Positions 9,171-17,625 of a stretch of 64,000 nucleotides of DNA are shown piece by piece (the stretch's first letter is position 1; the number at the start of each line of letters is the position of its first letter). The DNA is taken from the NCBI GenBank assembly GCA_963793305.1, contig CAWBZV010000003.1:800001-864000 (forward strand). Reading direction: 5' to 3'. The translations under genes were made by a program, and so were the position numbers. This DNA comes from an uncultured Gemmatimonadales bacterium. GTDB taxonomy: Bacteria; Gemmatimonadota; Gemmatimonadetes; Gemmatimonadales; Gemmatimonadaceae. Under the pieces are notes generated by a model. It was given only the letters and a program-made list of their open reading frames with translations. It was not told the DNA's origin and did not search any database.

Positions 9171-9590
9171 TCAGGGCCGCGCCGTGGACAGAGGGGTGGT
9201 CGTCCCACTGACTGAGGCTCGCAGCCTGGGTGTGTTTGCGGACCTCCCCCCGTACACCGCGTGTGACGACCGTGTGTCTCCTCGAGCGTCCACGGCGCAT
9301 TCCGGATCGCTAGGTCTCTCGTCTCACGCGGAATAGCTCGTGATCAGTTGTCAAACAGCGCCGAAGAGCTGCGTGCGTAGTGGGACCTCCACGCGACGAT
9401 CAAAACCTCGGTGCTCGGCGGGTCACGCCGGCACGACACATCTTCATAGACGCTTCGGATCCGAGGGAGACCTAGACGGTTGTATGACGACGGTCACCTG
9501 CGCGAACAGCCAGGGCCGCAAGGAACTTGAAGGTCGAAGCATCTCCCTCCACGCTCGGCTCACCACCCGTACCTTCGTCTTCTCCTCCGT
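9043..9590 (-). ncRNA. Putative bridge/seek RNA downstream of the IS110 recombinase
   Basis: No credible ORF; nested stems 9179-9189/9288-9298 (11 bp), 9198-9204/9265-9271 and 9310-9318/9467-9475; loop segments match target and donor junctions; exact ends unknown. Confidence 0.7.
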
Positions 9591-10858
9591 TCATGCCGCT
9601 CGATACGGCGACTCACGCTGGAGCACCTGCCACCGCCCGGCGTCGAACGGTTCTGCGGTCTGCATGATATGCAACAACATCGGGACGAGCTTCCGGGCGA
9701 TCGCACACACGGCGCTCACCTTGGATCCGCCGTTTCGCGCGACCAGCGCGACGTACTGCTCATGACACAATCCACCCGTCCGGCAGCATCGGCCCGCGAG
9801 CAGGAAGAGCTGGCGTCGGAGCGCCGGCCGCCCGCGCTTCGTCTGTCGGATCCGACTGCGGACGGACGTTCCGCTTTCCTTCCCCGCCAGGTTCATGCCG
9901 GCGAGCTTCAGCACCTGGCGCGGCGAGACGTAGCTCGCCGGCGTGCCGAGTTCGGCGACGAGGGTCGAGGCGCAGACGACGCTCACACCCGGCACCGTGG
10001 TTAAGGCGGCGACGGCCGTGATCTCCTGGGCGAGCTCCGTCAACTGAGCCTCGACCGCCCCGATGTGAAGCCGGACGATCGTCCACCGGGCGAGGAGACG
10101 CCGGATCTCCTGACGGCGGGCACCGCGATCGTCGACCACTCCGATCGTCAATGCCGCGGCCGTCAGGAACGCGTTGATCCGGTCTGGCGCGAAATGGTTG
10201 TGCGAGACCTTGCGGATGAGCGCTCGTACACGCATCGGTCGCTCGGCATCGAGCTCCGCCGGCGTCGACCAGTGCCGGAGCAGCGCGATCGGCGTGCAGT
10301 ACTTCACGTCGGTGAACGTGGCGGTGAACTCCGGCCAGACGACGTCGAGGACGCTCAAGAGTCGGTTCTTGAGTCGCGTCTCCTCGACGGCGAGCCGCTG
10401 GCGCTCGGTCGTCAGGGCCCGAAGGGCGATCGCGCGCGGCTCAAGAAGGGCGTAGCTGACGAACAGACCGTCGCTCACGAGCCGACAGATCAGGCTAGCG
10501 TCTTTCGCATCGTCCTTCCGTGGGCTGTTGTCTTCCATCTCCTTGAGCCGCTTCGTCAGAGCCGAGAGCACCGTGACCACGCGTAGCCGCGCCGGTGCAG
10601 ATCGGCGGCGAAGGTCTGCCCATGGTGGCCCGCGAACTCGATGCCCACGAGCATCCGTTCGCGGGGCACGTTGGGGAACAGTGCGGTGAGATGTGCGTCA
10701 GCAGCATCGAACCCGCCGCGACTCACCGGCACTGTAATGGCCTTGGTGCGACGGCTGTCCGGCCCGCGTGCAACGAGCATGTGAAAAGTCTTGCCGGTGT
10801 CGACACCCACATGGACGCAAAAGGTACGGGCGTACGCGAGCTTGTCGTCGGCGTGCAT
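9591..10858 (-). CDS. IS110-family transposase/recombinase, split by a single-base frameshift near 10581
   Basis: DEDD residues VGVDTGK, GIEFAG, KDDAKDA; C-terminal LTTVPGVS..AELG..LAGM..ESGTS with conserved Ser; adding one G joins ORFs 10556-10858 and 9591-10580 as GYAVVTV. Confidence 0.92.
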
Positions 10859-11062
10859 GGCGCGGGCGAGTAGAGTGTGGTAGCGTCAGCCGGGGGAGGC
10901 CAGACTCTCTCACCCGTGAGAATGTTGCCGCTACACTAATGCACGCTGCATACCACACCTCGCGATCACCAGCGCTCGATCAATGATCGACGGCAAAACA
11001 AAACCCAATGTCGGTGTGCAGCGCTCTATAGTGGCTGCACACTAACATCGGGAGATAGATGT

Positions 11063-11599
11063 GTAAATTACTCGGACCCATTCGGTCTGAGCCCATGCCC
11101 TCCAGACAACGACTGCGGCATCAGCGCGAGCGACGCACTCGCGGCTCTCACGGGCGCGGGTCGGCTCCTTCAGCCCGCGCAAGGACCTCTCGAAGTGGCT
11201 GGTACGATTGCGGTCGCACCGCTGGCCGGGGGAGTGGGGGCAGCCGAGGAGATCAGCGGTGCCGTGATTGCGCTCGGACAGACGCTGAGGTCCGGAGCCG
11301 GTAGCGGGGTTCTGACAGCGGCGGGAGTAGCGGGACGAGTGGCGTCTGCGACCGGCGGCGCCGTTTCCCAGCTAGCCAAGTCGGAAGGTTTCAAAGTCAC
11401 GGTGGACGCCGGGCGAGCTATTGTCGCTAGAATTAAGTCTACTGGCGACATCCGTGTGGGTATCGACGGCATCGGCTCACTGACACGCGAGGGCGTAGTG
11501 TCCGCGAATCGAGCGCTCACCCATCTGAAGAACCTGTCGAGCCAAGAGATAATTGGTCTCATCAACAAGGCTCGTGAATTGCTCGCAGCGCCACGCTAA
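11063..11599 (+). pseudogene. Orphan RHS module 2: displaced C-terminal toxin beginning exactly at VNYSDPFGL
   Basis: In frame upstream of ORF 11195: GTA AAT TAC TCG GAC CCA TTC GGT CTG = VNYSDPFGL, with no RHS core sequence before it. Confidence 0.85.
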
Positions 11600-11623
11600 C
11601 CAACCTCTGACGCCTTATCTCTC

Positions 11624-11959
11624 ATGGATCGCGCCGTCCTGCCGCAGGCACTCAATGGTGGTTACATCGAGGAGTACGAGTTCGACCTGCGTCGGAATCT
11701 ATTCTCCATGCGAGTCCATGTTCTCGACAACGATCTGCTGTCCAGCTATAACGTGCGGTTCGAGAAGTTGAGTCAGTTCGCGATGGATAGTGAGAGCCTG
11801 GGTGACAAAGAGCGACTCGAACTGACCGAGATCTGGATCGACTCGACTCCGGAGTCGTCCAGTACCGAGGAGTGGAGTATTACGATAAGCATGTGGGACA
11901 TTACTCACATTCGCCTGCGGTGCGCCATCATCGTGATCGATGGCGCACCGCTGCGCTGA
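11624..11959 (+). CDS. Putative immunity protein for orphan toxin 2
   Basis: Acidic 111 aa ORF directly after the toxin tip; lower GC than flanking housekeeping genes. Confidence 0.7.
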   Translation: MDRAVLPQALNGGYIEEYEFDLRRNLFSMRVHVLDNDLLSSYNVRFEKLSQFAMDSESLGDKERLELTEIWIDSTPESSSTEEWSITISMWDITHIRLRCAIIVIDGAPLR

Positions 11960-11971
11960 CGACGAGAGACA

Positions 11972-12886
11972 TCACTCTGTCACCAAGAAATTGAACTGCC
12001 CGAGCTCCTGCGCGCGCGCGAAGTCGGAGGTGCTCCCGAGGGGGACCGGCCCGCGCGACGTGATGTAGGAGACGTTGAGGCCGAGGCTGAGGACGCGGTC
12101 GATGATGTGGCCCTCGTTGATCGCCCGCCCGAGAAACTCCATGATCAGCGTCGGCCGCCCACGCGGGCGACGCAGCGTGCGCTCGAATCCATCGAGCAAT
12201 CGCATCTCGTGCCCTTCGACGTCGATCTTGAGCAACGCCGTCTCCGGCGCGATGCCCTCGCGCTCGAACACCTCGTCGAGCGAGACGACCGGCACGTCGA
12301 ATCGCTCGCGCAGGTCGCCCAATGCGGTGCGCCCCGACTCTAGCGTGCTTTCCTGATCGTTCTCGCGAACGTAGAACGTCATCGTGCCCGGCTCGGCGCT
12401 GACGCCCGCGTGGCGCACCTCGACGCGCGGGCTCCAGCCGTTGCGCTCGACGTTCCGTTCGATGAGAGACGCGAGATGGGGCGTTGGCTCGTACGCGATG
12501 ACGCGCGCATGAGGTGCGTGGCTCGCGGCGAGATAGGTGAACACGCCGACGTTGGCGCCAATGTCGAAGATGGTCGTCGCCTCGCGCGCGAGCGATGTGA
12601 AGAGACGAATGGTCGACCAGTCGGCATACTGCTGGAGCGGCTGGACGAGCAGGCTGCGGCAACTCGGCAGCGACAGGTCCAACTCTAATGTGACCACGGA
12701 CGCCCCGAGGTCGATCGACGCGACCGTCGTGCGGTGTGCCGAGCGACAGACGAGCTCTTCGACCGCGCGAGACGCGGAGTTGCCGCCGAGGATGCGGCGT
12801 TGCCCCAAGCGGGCCACCAGCGCGATCAACGGCGGACCGAGTACGGTCGACCCAGTGCGGCGCAACGTGCGCGCGACGACCGACAT
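11972..12886 (-). CDS. FkbM family SAM-dependent methyltransferase
   Basis: IFDIGANVGVFT, YEPTP, LLKIDVEGHE motifs; likely start ATG 12886. Confidence 0.9.
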   Translation of the reverse strand: MSVVARTLRRTGSTVLGPPLIALVARLGQRRILGGNSASRAVEELVCRSAHRTTVASIDLGASVVTLELDLSLPSCRSLLVQPLQQYADWSTIRLFTSLAREATTIFDIGANVGVFTYLAASHAPHARVIAYEPTPHLASLIERNVERNGWSPRVEVRHAGVSAEPGTMTFYVRENDQESTLESGRTALGDLRERFDVPVVSLDEVFEREGIAPETALLKIDVEGHEMRLLDGFERTLRRPRGRPTLIMEFLGRAINEGHIIDRVLSLGLNVSYITSRGPVPLGSTSDFARAQELGQFNFLVTE

Positions 12887-12945
12887 GCGGGAAAATCTAG
12901 GGGCGCCGGGCGCCGCGAGCACGAATATCGCAATAGGAGGCCGGC

Positions 12946-13188
12946 ATGCACGGCATGCACGAGATCGGAGCAAACACGGTCGCGACCTGGATCTGCGTGG
13001 TCCTCGTGATCCTGGTCATCCTCGGCGTCCTGCGCGCGCTCGTACGCCCCATTGTCGCCGTCGCGCTCATCGCGATTATTCTCATCATCTTCGGCGTCCT
13101 CCGCGAAGACTCGGTCGCTCGCTTCGCCCGCAACACCGTCCACCAGGTCCACCAATTCGTGGCATCGCTCTTCAGCGCGGCGCGATAG
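12946..13188 (+). CDS. Small membrane protein
   Basis: 80 aa, two hydrophobic segments, AGGAGG RBS upstream. Confidence 0.6.
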   Translation: MHGMHEIGANTVATWICVVLVILVILGVLRALVRPIVAVALIAIILIIFGVLREDSVARFARNTVHQVHQFVASLFSAAR

Positions 13189-13221
13189 GAACACTCCAGG
13201 TGTATCGCGTATTTATCAGAT

Positions 13222-14007
13222 ATGATAGGTACCGTTCATCTCCGCGTCTCGAGCCTCAACCGAGCGATCGCGTTCTATCGCGACCTCTTGGGACTCAAGG
13301 TCATTGCACCAGGCGTCCTCGCCTCGAGTGAGAATGGCCCGCCGCTGATCACGCTGACCGAGCTGCCCGGCGCCACAAAGCCAGGTCGCACGACCGGCCT
13401 GTATCACGTGGCGATCCGCGTGAGCGATGCCCCCGCGCTCGGGCGCCTGCTCGCACGGCTCCTCGCCGCCGACTACCCGCTGCAAGGCGCCAGCGACCAC
13501 CCGACGAACAAGGCGATCTACCTGGCCGATCCCGATGGCAACGGCATCGAGCTCACGATCGATAATCCCAAGTCCGAGTGGTTCGGCCCAGATGGCCAGC
13601 TGCGCCTGGCGTCGCCGCCGCTCGACGGCCACGCACTCCTCGAGGCCGCCGGCCCGGCGCCATGGCCCGGGCTCGATGGCGGGGCCGATATCGGGCACAT
13701 CCACCTACATGTGGCCGATCTCGATCGCTCGATCGCGTTCTATCGCGATGTCGTCGGCATGGACCTCAAGTATTCGCTCCATCGGTTCCGCGCCGCGTTC
13801 ATGGCGTTCGGCGATTATCACCACCACCTGGGCCTCAACACGTGGAATGGCGTCGGAGCAAGTCGCCCGGCGAGCGATGCGGTGGGGCTCGTTTCGTTCA
13901 CCATCCAGGCGCCTGATACAACCGACGGCGACCGCGAGCTCGTCGATCCCGACGGAAATCGCGTGTTAATAACGGCCGGTGTGACTCAAGGAGCGGGCAG
14001 CCTCTAG
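13222..14007 (+). CDS. VOC family protein (catechol 2,3-dioxygenase CatE-like)
   Basis: Two glyoxalase domains: GTVHLRV, GLYHVAI, ASDH..AIYLADPDGNGIEL, GHIHLHV, YHHHLGLNTW. Confidence 0.88.
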   Translation: MIGTVHLRVSSLNRAIAFYRDLLGLKVIAPGVLASSENGPPLITLTELPGATKPGRTTGLYHVAIRVSDAPALGRLLARLLAADYPLQGASDHPTNKAIYLADPDGNGIELTIDNPKSEWFGPDGQLRLASPPLDGHALLEAAGPAPWPGLDGGADIGHIHLHVADLDRSIAFYRDVVGMDLKYSLHRFRAAFMAFGDYHHHLGLNTWNGVGASRPASDAVGLVSFTIQAPDTTDGDRELVDPDGNRVLITAGVTQGAGSL

Positions 14008-14072
14008 CCGTAAACTGCGTCAGCCGCTACTGTTGTAGGGTTACCCCGACCCGAGGAGGGGTCCTGCGACGG

Positions 14073-15650
14073 TTGCGCATCGGCGTTCTTGATCTCGTTA
14101 CGAGCGGCCCGGCCCACGGGCTGTACTCAAAGCTCATGAACGCCAATTTGGCGAGCATCATGCCGCAGGTCATCGGTGCATGGTGTGAGGAAGCGGGCCA
14201 TGAGGTCCGCTTCGTGTGTTATACGGGGTACGAGGACCTCTCCAAAGAGTTGCCCGCGGACACCGACCTGCTGTTCATCTCGTCGTTCACCGAGGCCGCA
14301 CAGCTCTCGTACGCGATCAGCGCGATGTATCGCCAGCGCGGCACCATCACCGCGATCGGCGGCCCCCACGCGCGTTGCTATCCAGAGGACTCGGCCAAGT
14401 ACTTCGACTACGTCTTCGGATTTACGGACAAGCCGCTGGTCTTGAGCATGCTCGCCGACTGCGAGCAGCATCGGCCGATGGGCGTTCAGCTGAACGCCGG
14501 CAAGCAGCCGCGCCAACTGCCCAGCGTCCGCGAGCGCTGGAAGTTCATCCAGGTCACGCTCGCCAAAGCGCCGACGATCAAGATCGTCCCGATGCTGGCG
14601 AGCTTGGGATGCCCATATACGTGCAGCTTCTGCATCGACTCGACCGTCGATTATCAGCCGTTCGAGCCCGAGCAAGTACGCGATGATCTCCGGTTCTTGC
14701 TGGAGAACATGAAGCGGCCGCGCATCGGCTGGCATGACCCGAATTTCGGCGTGCGCTTCGACGAGACGCTCGGCGCGATCGAGGAGGCGATCCCACCCGG
14801 GAGTGCGGACTTTATCGCCGAGTCGAGCTTGTCGCTGCTCAACGAGGATCGCCTGCCCCGACTGAAAAAAAACGGGTTCGCCGCGATGCTGCCCGGTGTC
14901 GAGTCCTGGTTCTCGCTTGGCAACAAGGCGAAGACGGGCAAGCACTACGGGATGGAGAAGGTGAAAACGGTCGCCGAGCATGTGAACATGGTCATGCGCT
15001 ACATCCCGTACATGCAGACCAACTTCGTGCTCGGCCTCGACACCGACGAGGGTGACGCGCCGTTCGAGTGCACCAAGGCGTTCGTCGATTTGGCGCCGGG
15101 TGCCTTCCCGGGATATTCGCTGCTCTCGGCGTTCGGCCGGGCCGCGCCGCTCAACCTGGAGCTGCAACGCGCCGGGCGCGTGCTGCCGTTCCCGCATCAC
15201 TTCCTGAACAACAACCTGGCGATGAACGTCAAGCCCAAGAACTACACTTGGGAGTCGTTCTACGACCGCGTCATCGATCTCACGACCTATTCGTTCTCAC
15301 CTCGGGCGATCTGGAACCGGTTCAAGGCGACCGGTGGGACGATCCCGAAGTGGATGAACGTCGTGCGCGCGATGTCGAGCGAGGGGTGGGGACGCCAGCG
15401 GTACTACACGAAAGTGCGGGCGCTCCTCAGCTCGGACGCGAGTGTCCGGCGGTACTTCAACGGCGAGACGGACACGCTGCCGGCGTTCTACGAGAACCGC
15501 GTGAAGCAGGATCTCGGGCCGTTCTGGTCGGAGCTACCGGAAGGCGCGCTGCGGCACGATCCCAACGCCTACTTGAACGCCGAGCGGGAGCGGGTGACGC
15601 GTGGGACCGAGGCTACTGTCGAACTTCAGCGTTCCTCGCCGGCGTCCTGA
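14073..15650 (+). CDS. B12-binding-domain radical SAM protein
   Basis: CPYTCSFC motif, N-terminal IGGPHA, FVLGLDTD. Confidence 0.88.
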   Translation: MRIGVLDLVTSGPAHGLYSKLMNANLASIMPQVIGAWCEEAGHEVRFVCYTGYEDLSKELPADTDLLFISSFTEAAQLSYAISAMYRQRGTITAIGGPHARCYPEDSAKYFDYVFGFTDKPLVLSMLADCEQHRPMGVQLNAGKQPRQLPSVRERWKFIQVTLAKAPTIKIVPMLASLGCPYTCSFCIDSTVDYQPFEPEQVRDDLRFLLENMKRPRIGWHDPNFGVRFDETLGAIEEAIPPGSADFIAESSLSLLNEDRLPRLKKNGFAAMLPGVESWFSLGNKAKTGKHYGMEKVKTVAEHVNMVMRYIPYMQTNFVLGLDTDEGDAPFECTKAFVDLAPGAFPGYSLLSAFGRAAPLNLELQRAGRVLPFPHHFLNNNLAMNVKPKNYTWESFYDRVIDLTTYSFSPRAIWNRFKATGGTIPKWMNVVRAMSSEGWGRQRYYTKVRALLSSDASVRRYFNGETDTLPAFYENRVKQDLGPFWSELPEGALRHDPNAYLNAERERVTRGTEATVELQRSSPAS

Positions 15651-16281
15651 ACGAAGGCGCGCCGCCTTGCCCCGAGGCGGCGCGGTACCAGTCTCCCAGC
15701 TCGCGCCAGGCACCCGCCGTCTCCTGAACCGGCGCAGCGCTGCGCCATGCGCAGAGCCCGCTGCCGCGGGTCGTGAGACAGTCGCGCCGGTAGCTGACGC
15801 CGAAGTGCACGAGCACCCAGTCTTCGTACGCCGCGACGCCGTACAGCGCCTCTGACAGCGAGGTGCAGGCCTCCCGCCATTCGCCCGGGCTGATCGGCGA
15901 CCGGACTTTCGTCGCCTGGAGCGGCACGCAGGAGTTAGGGTCGATCCGAACGCCTTCCGTGCGCCGTGGCTCGAACCCGAGGCGCCGTACATAGACGCCG
16001 GACGAGGTCGGGTCGCCGGGAGCGGTCGTGACGAACATTCCGCTCTCGCAGACCCGCATGAGCCGCATGCTCTCCATGGTCAGCGAGTACGCGCTGGACG
16101 ACAGCGTCCCGCCCGCGACCGGTCCGCAGTCGCAGGTGAACCCGTACGCGAGAAGCAGATTACCGGACGGGTGCTTGACGTCGTGGTTCCAGAGCCAGAG
16201 CTGCTGGTCGAACAGGCGTTCGGCCCGCGTGCGCATCGCGCGCGGAAGTTGAAATGGAATAAGGGTATGCGAGAACGCCAC
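15613..16281 (-). CDS. Hypothetical protein
   Basis: 222 aa ORF following the anti-sigma gene, globular composition. Confidence 0.55.
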   Translation of the reverse strand: MAFSHTLIPFQLPRAMRTRAERLFDQQLWLWNHDVKHPSGNLLLAYGFTCDCGPVAGGTLSSSAYSLTMESMRLMRVCESGMFVTTAPGDPTSSGVYVRRLGFEPRRTEGVRIDPNSCVPLQATKVRSPISPGEWREACTSLSEALYGVAAYEDWVLVHFGVSYRRDCLTTRGSGLCAWRSAAPVQETAGAWRELGDWYRAASGQGGAPSFRTPARNAEVRQ

Positions 16282-16290
16282 GAATCGGAT

Positions 16291-17049
16291 CTACCGCGAA
16301 ATGGTGTCAATGTTCCGAGCTAATTCCTGCAAGTCACTTGGGTTCACGTCGGATACGGCCCAGTAGACCATTCCTGCGTGCGTCCAGTGTAGCATGGAAT
16401 ATCCTAGACGCAACTCACCTGCCGGTTTCGACTCGTTGCCGCCGGGCCATTCGTAGACGTTGATCTTGTGCTGGCGGCGGCCGTAGACGAGCGCCGCGAC
16501 CCGCTTGCCGGCGATGAAGTCGACCCGGCCGCCGAGCAGAGGGAAACCCTGAGGGGCGAGGTCGACTACAGACGGTGCGAAGTCGAGCTTGCCCGAGTAC
16601 CAAGGTTTCACGGTGTGTTGGTCAGTGGACGCAACGTCGAACAAGTGCGCTTGATCGCCAGCGAGCGATCGGACATGGCTATCAAGCACTTCCTGGGCCG
16701 TGGTATCGTTACCGCTCTGTCGGCCGCCAACCGCCAGGCCCACGGCCAGCACAACCGCCGCGGCGGCGGCGAGGACTCCTGGGCTCCACATCGGGCGGCG
16801 CCGGCGGGCCCAGGGGCTTGCTGCCGTTGCTTCGGCGGCTTCGAGCGTGGCGGCAATGCGCTCACGGAGTGCGGCCGGGGCAGTCTCCGCGCGCGCCTGC
16901 CGGCGCAACGCGTCGCCCATCGCGCGATACTCGGCCAGGCGTGCGGTGCAAGGCGGACAGGTGGGCAAGTGCGCCTCCAGTGATGCAACGTCATCCAGCT
17001 CGCCGTCGGCGTAGGCGCTGAGGAGATCTTCAAATTGCTCGTGCGTCAT
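16291..17049 (-). CDS. Transmembrane anti-sigma factor (zf-HC2)
   Basis: LSAYADGEL..HLPTCPPC, one TM helix, STDQHTVKPWYSGKLDF. Confidence 0.9.
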   Translation of the reverse strand: MTHEQFEDLLSAYADGELDDVASLEAHLPTCPPCTARLAEYRAMGDALRRQARAETAPAALRERIAATLEAAEATAASPWARRRRPMWSPGVLAAAAAVVLAVGLAVGGRQSGNDTTAQEVLDSHVRSLAGDQAHLFDVASTDQHTVKPWYSGKLDFAPSVVDLAPQGFPLLGGRVDFIAGKRVAALVYGRRQHKINVYEWPGGNESKPAGELRLGYSMLHWTHAGMVYWAVSDVNPSDLQELARNIDTISR

Positions 17050-17573
17050 GTGGCCCTCTCAGCGACATCCCCAATGAGCTTGCGCAAGCGCTCGCGGGCG
17101 CGAGCGAGGCGCGACATCACGGTCCCGATCGGTGCGTTGATCGCCTGCGCGATCTCCTTGTACGAGAGCCCTTCGAGCTCGCGGAGTACCACGACTTCGC
17201 GCGCCTCGTACGGCAGCTGGGCGAGCCCTTGCTCGATCGTCAACCGCTGGTCTTCGTCCACGCTCAACGGGTTCGAGTGCAGCCGATCGTCGAACTCGAT
17301 GGTCTCCGCGCGATCCATGCTGCGCCGACGCGACGAGTAGCAGGTGTGCCGCACGATCGTGAGCAGCCACGCGCGGCTCTCTTGCTCAGAGGCGCCGCCC
17401 GCGCCACGAAACCCATCGAAATATCGCAGTGCGCGCAGATACGCCTCCTGGACCACATCCTCGGCGTCATGACGATTGCGCGTCAACTGCCGCGCGACGG
17501 CGTACGCGGCATCGAGGTGTGGCATCATCAGCTTCGCGAAGCGGCCGGAGCGCTCGTCAGGGTCCTCTTTCAC
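17046..17573 (-). CDS. ECF RNA polymerase sigma-70 factor
   Basis: DAEDVVQEAYLRA, RAWLLTIVRH, LSYKEIA..PIGTVMSRLARAR; likely start GTG 17573. Confidence 0.92.
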   Translation of the reverse strand: MKEDPDERSGRFAKLMMPHLDAAYAVARQLTRNRHDAEDVVQEAYLRALRYFDGFRGAGGASEQESRAWLLTIVRHTCYSSRRRSMDRAETIEFDDRLHSNPLSVDEDQRLTIEQGLAQLPYEAREVVVLRELEGLSYKEIAQAINAPIGTVMSRLARARERLRKLIGDVAERAT

Positions 17574-17625
17574 TCTACCAGTATAGCGCCCGGAATAATC
17601 CCGCCGCCCCCGCGGTCTTCCGGAT

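Larger units (their letters stand above)
7710..11064. mobile_element. Putative IS110-family cargo element (toxin tip, immunity genes, bridge RNA, recombinase) bounded by GT cores
   Basis: GT at 7710-7711 and 11063-11064 are both the first two bases of the Val codon of an RHS (P)VNYSDPFGL motif; removing the interval restores GDPVNYSDPFGL; internal non-coding segments match both reconstructed junctions. Confidence 0.75.

Noticed and set aside
9016..9765. Short ORFs 9025-9336, 9016-9300 and 9340-9765
   Set aside because: No recognisable protein features; they overlap a strongly base-paired non-coding region
9020..11062. Simple cargo-free IS110 ending near 9020-9040
   Set aside because: The flank there does not supply the GATCCG left target or restore an RHS frame, whereas 7702-7711 does; not fully excluded without comparative data
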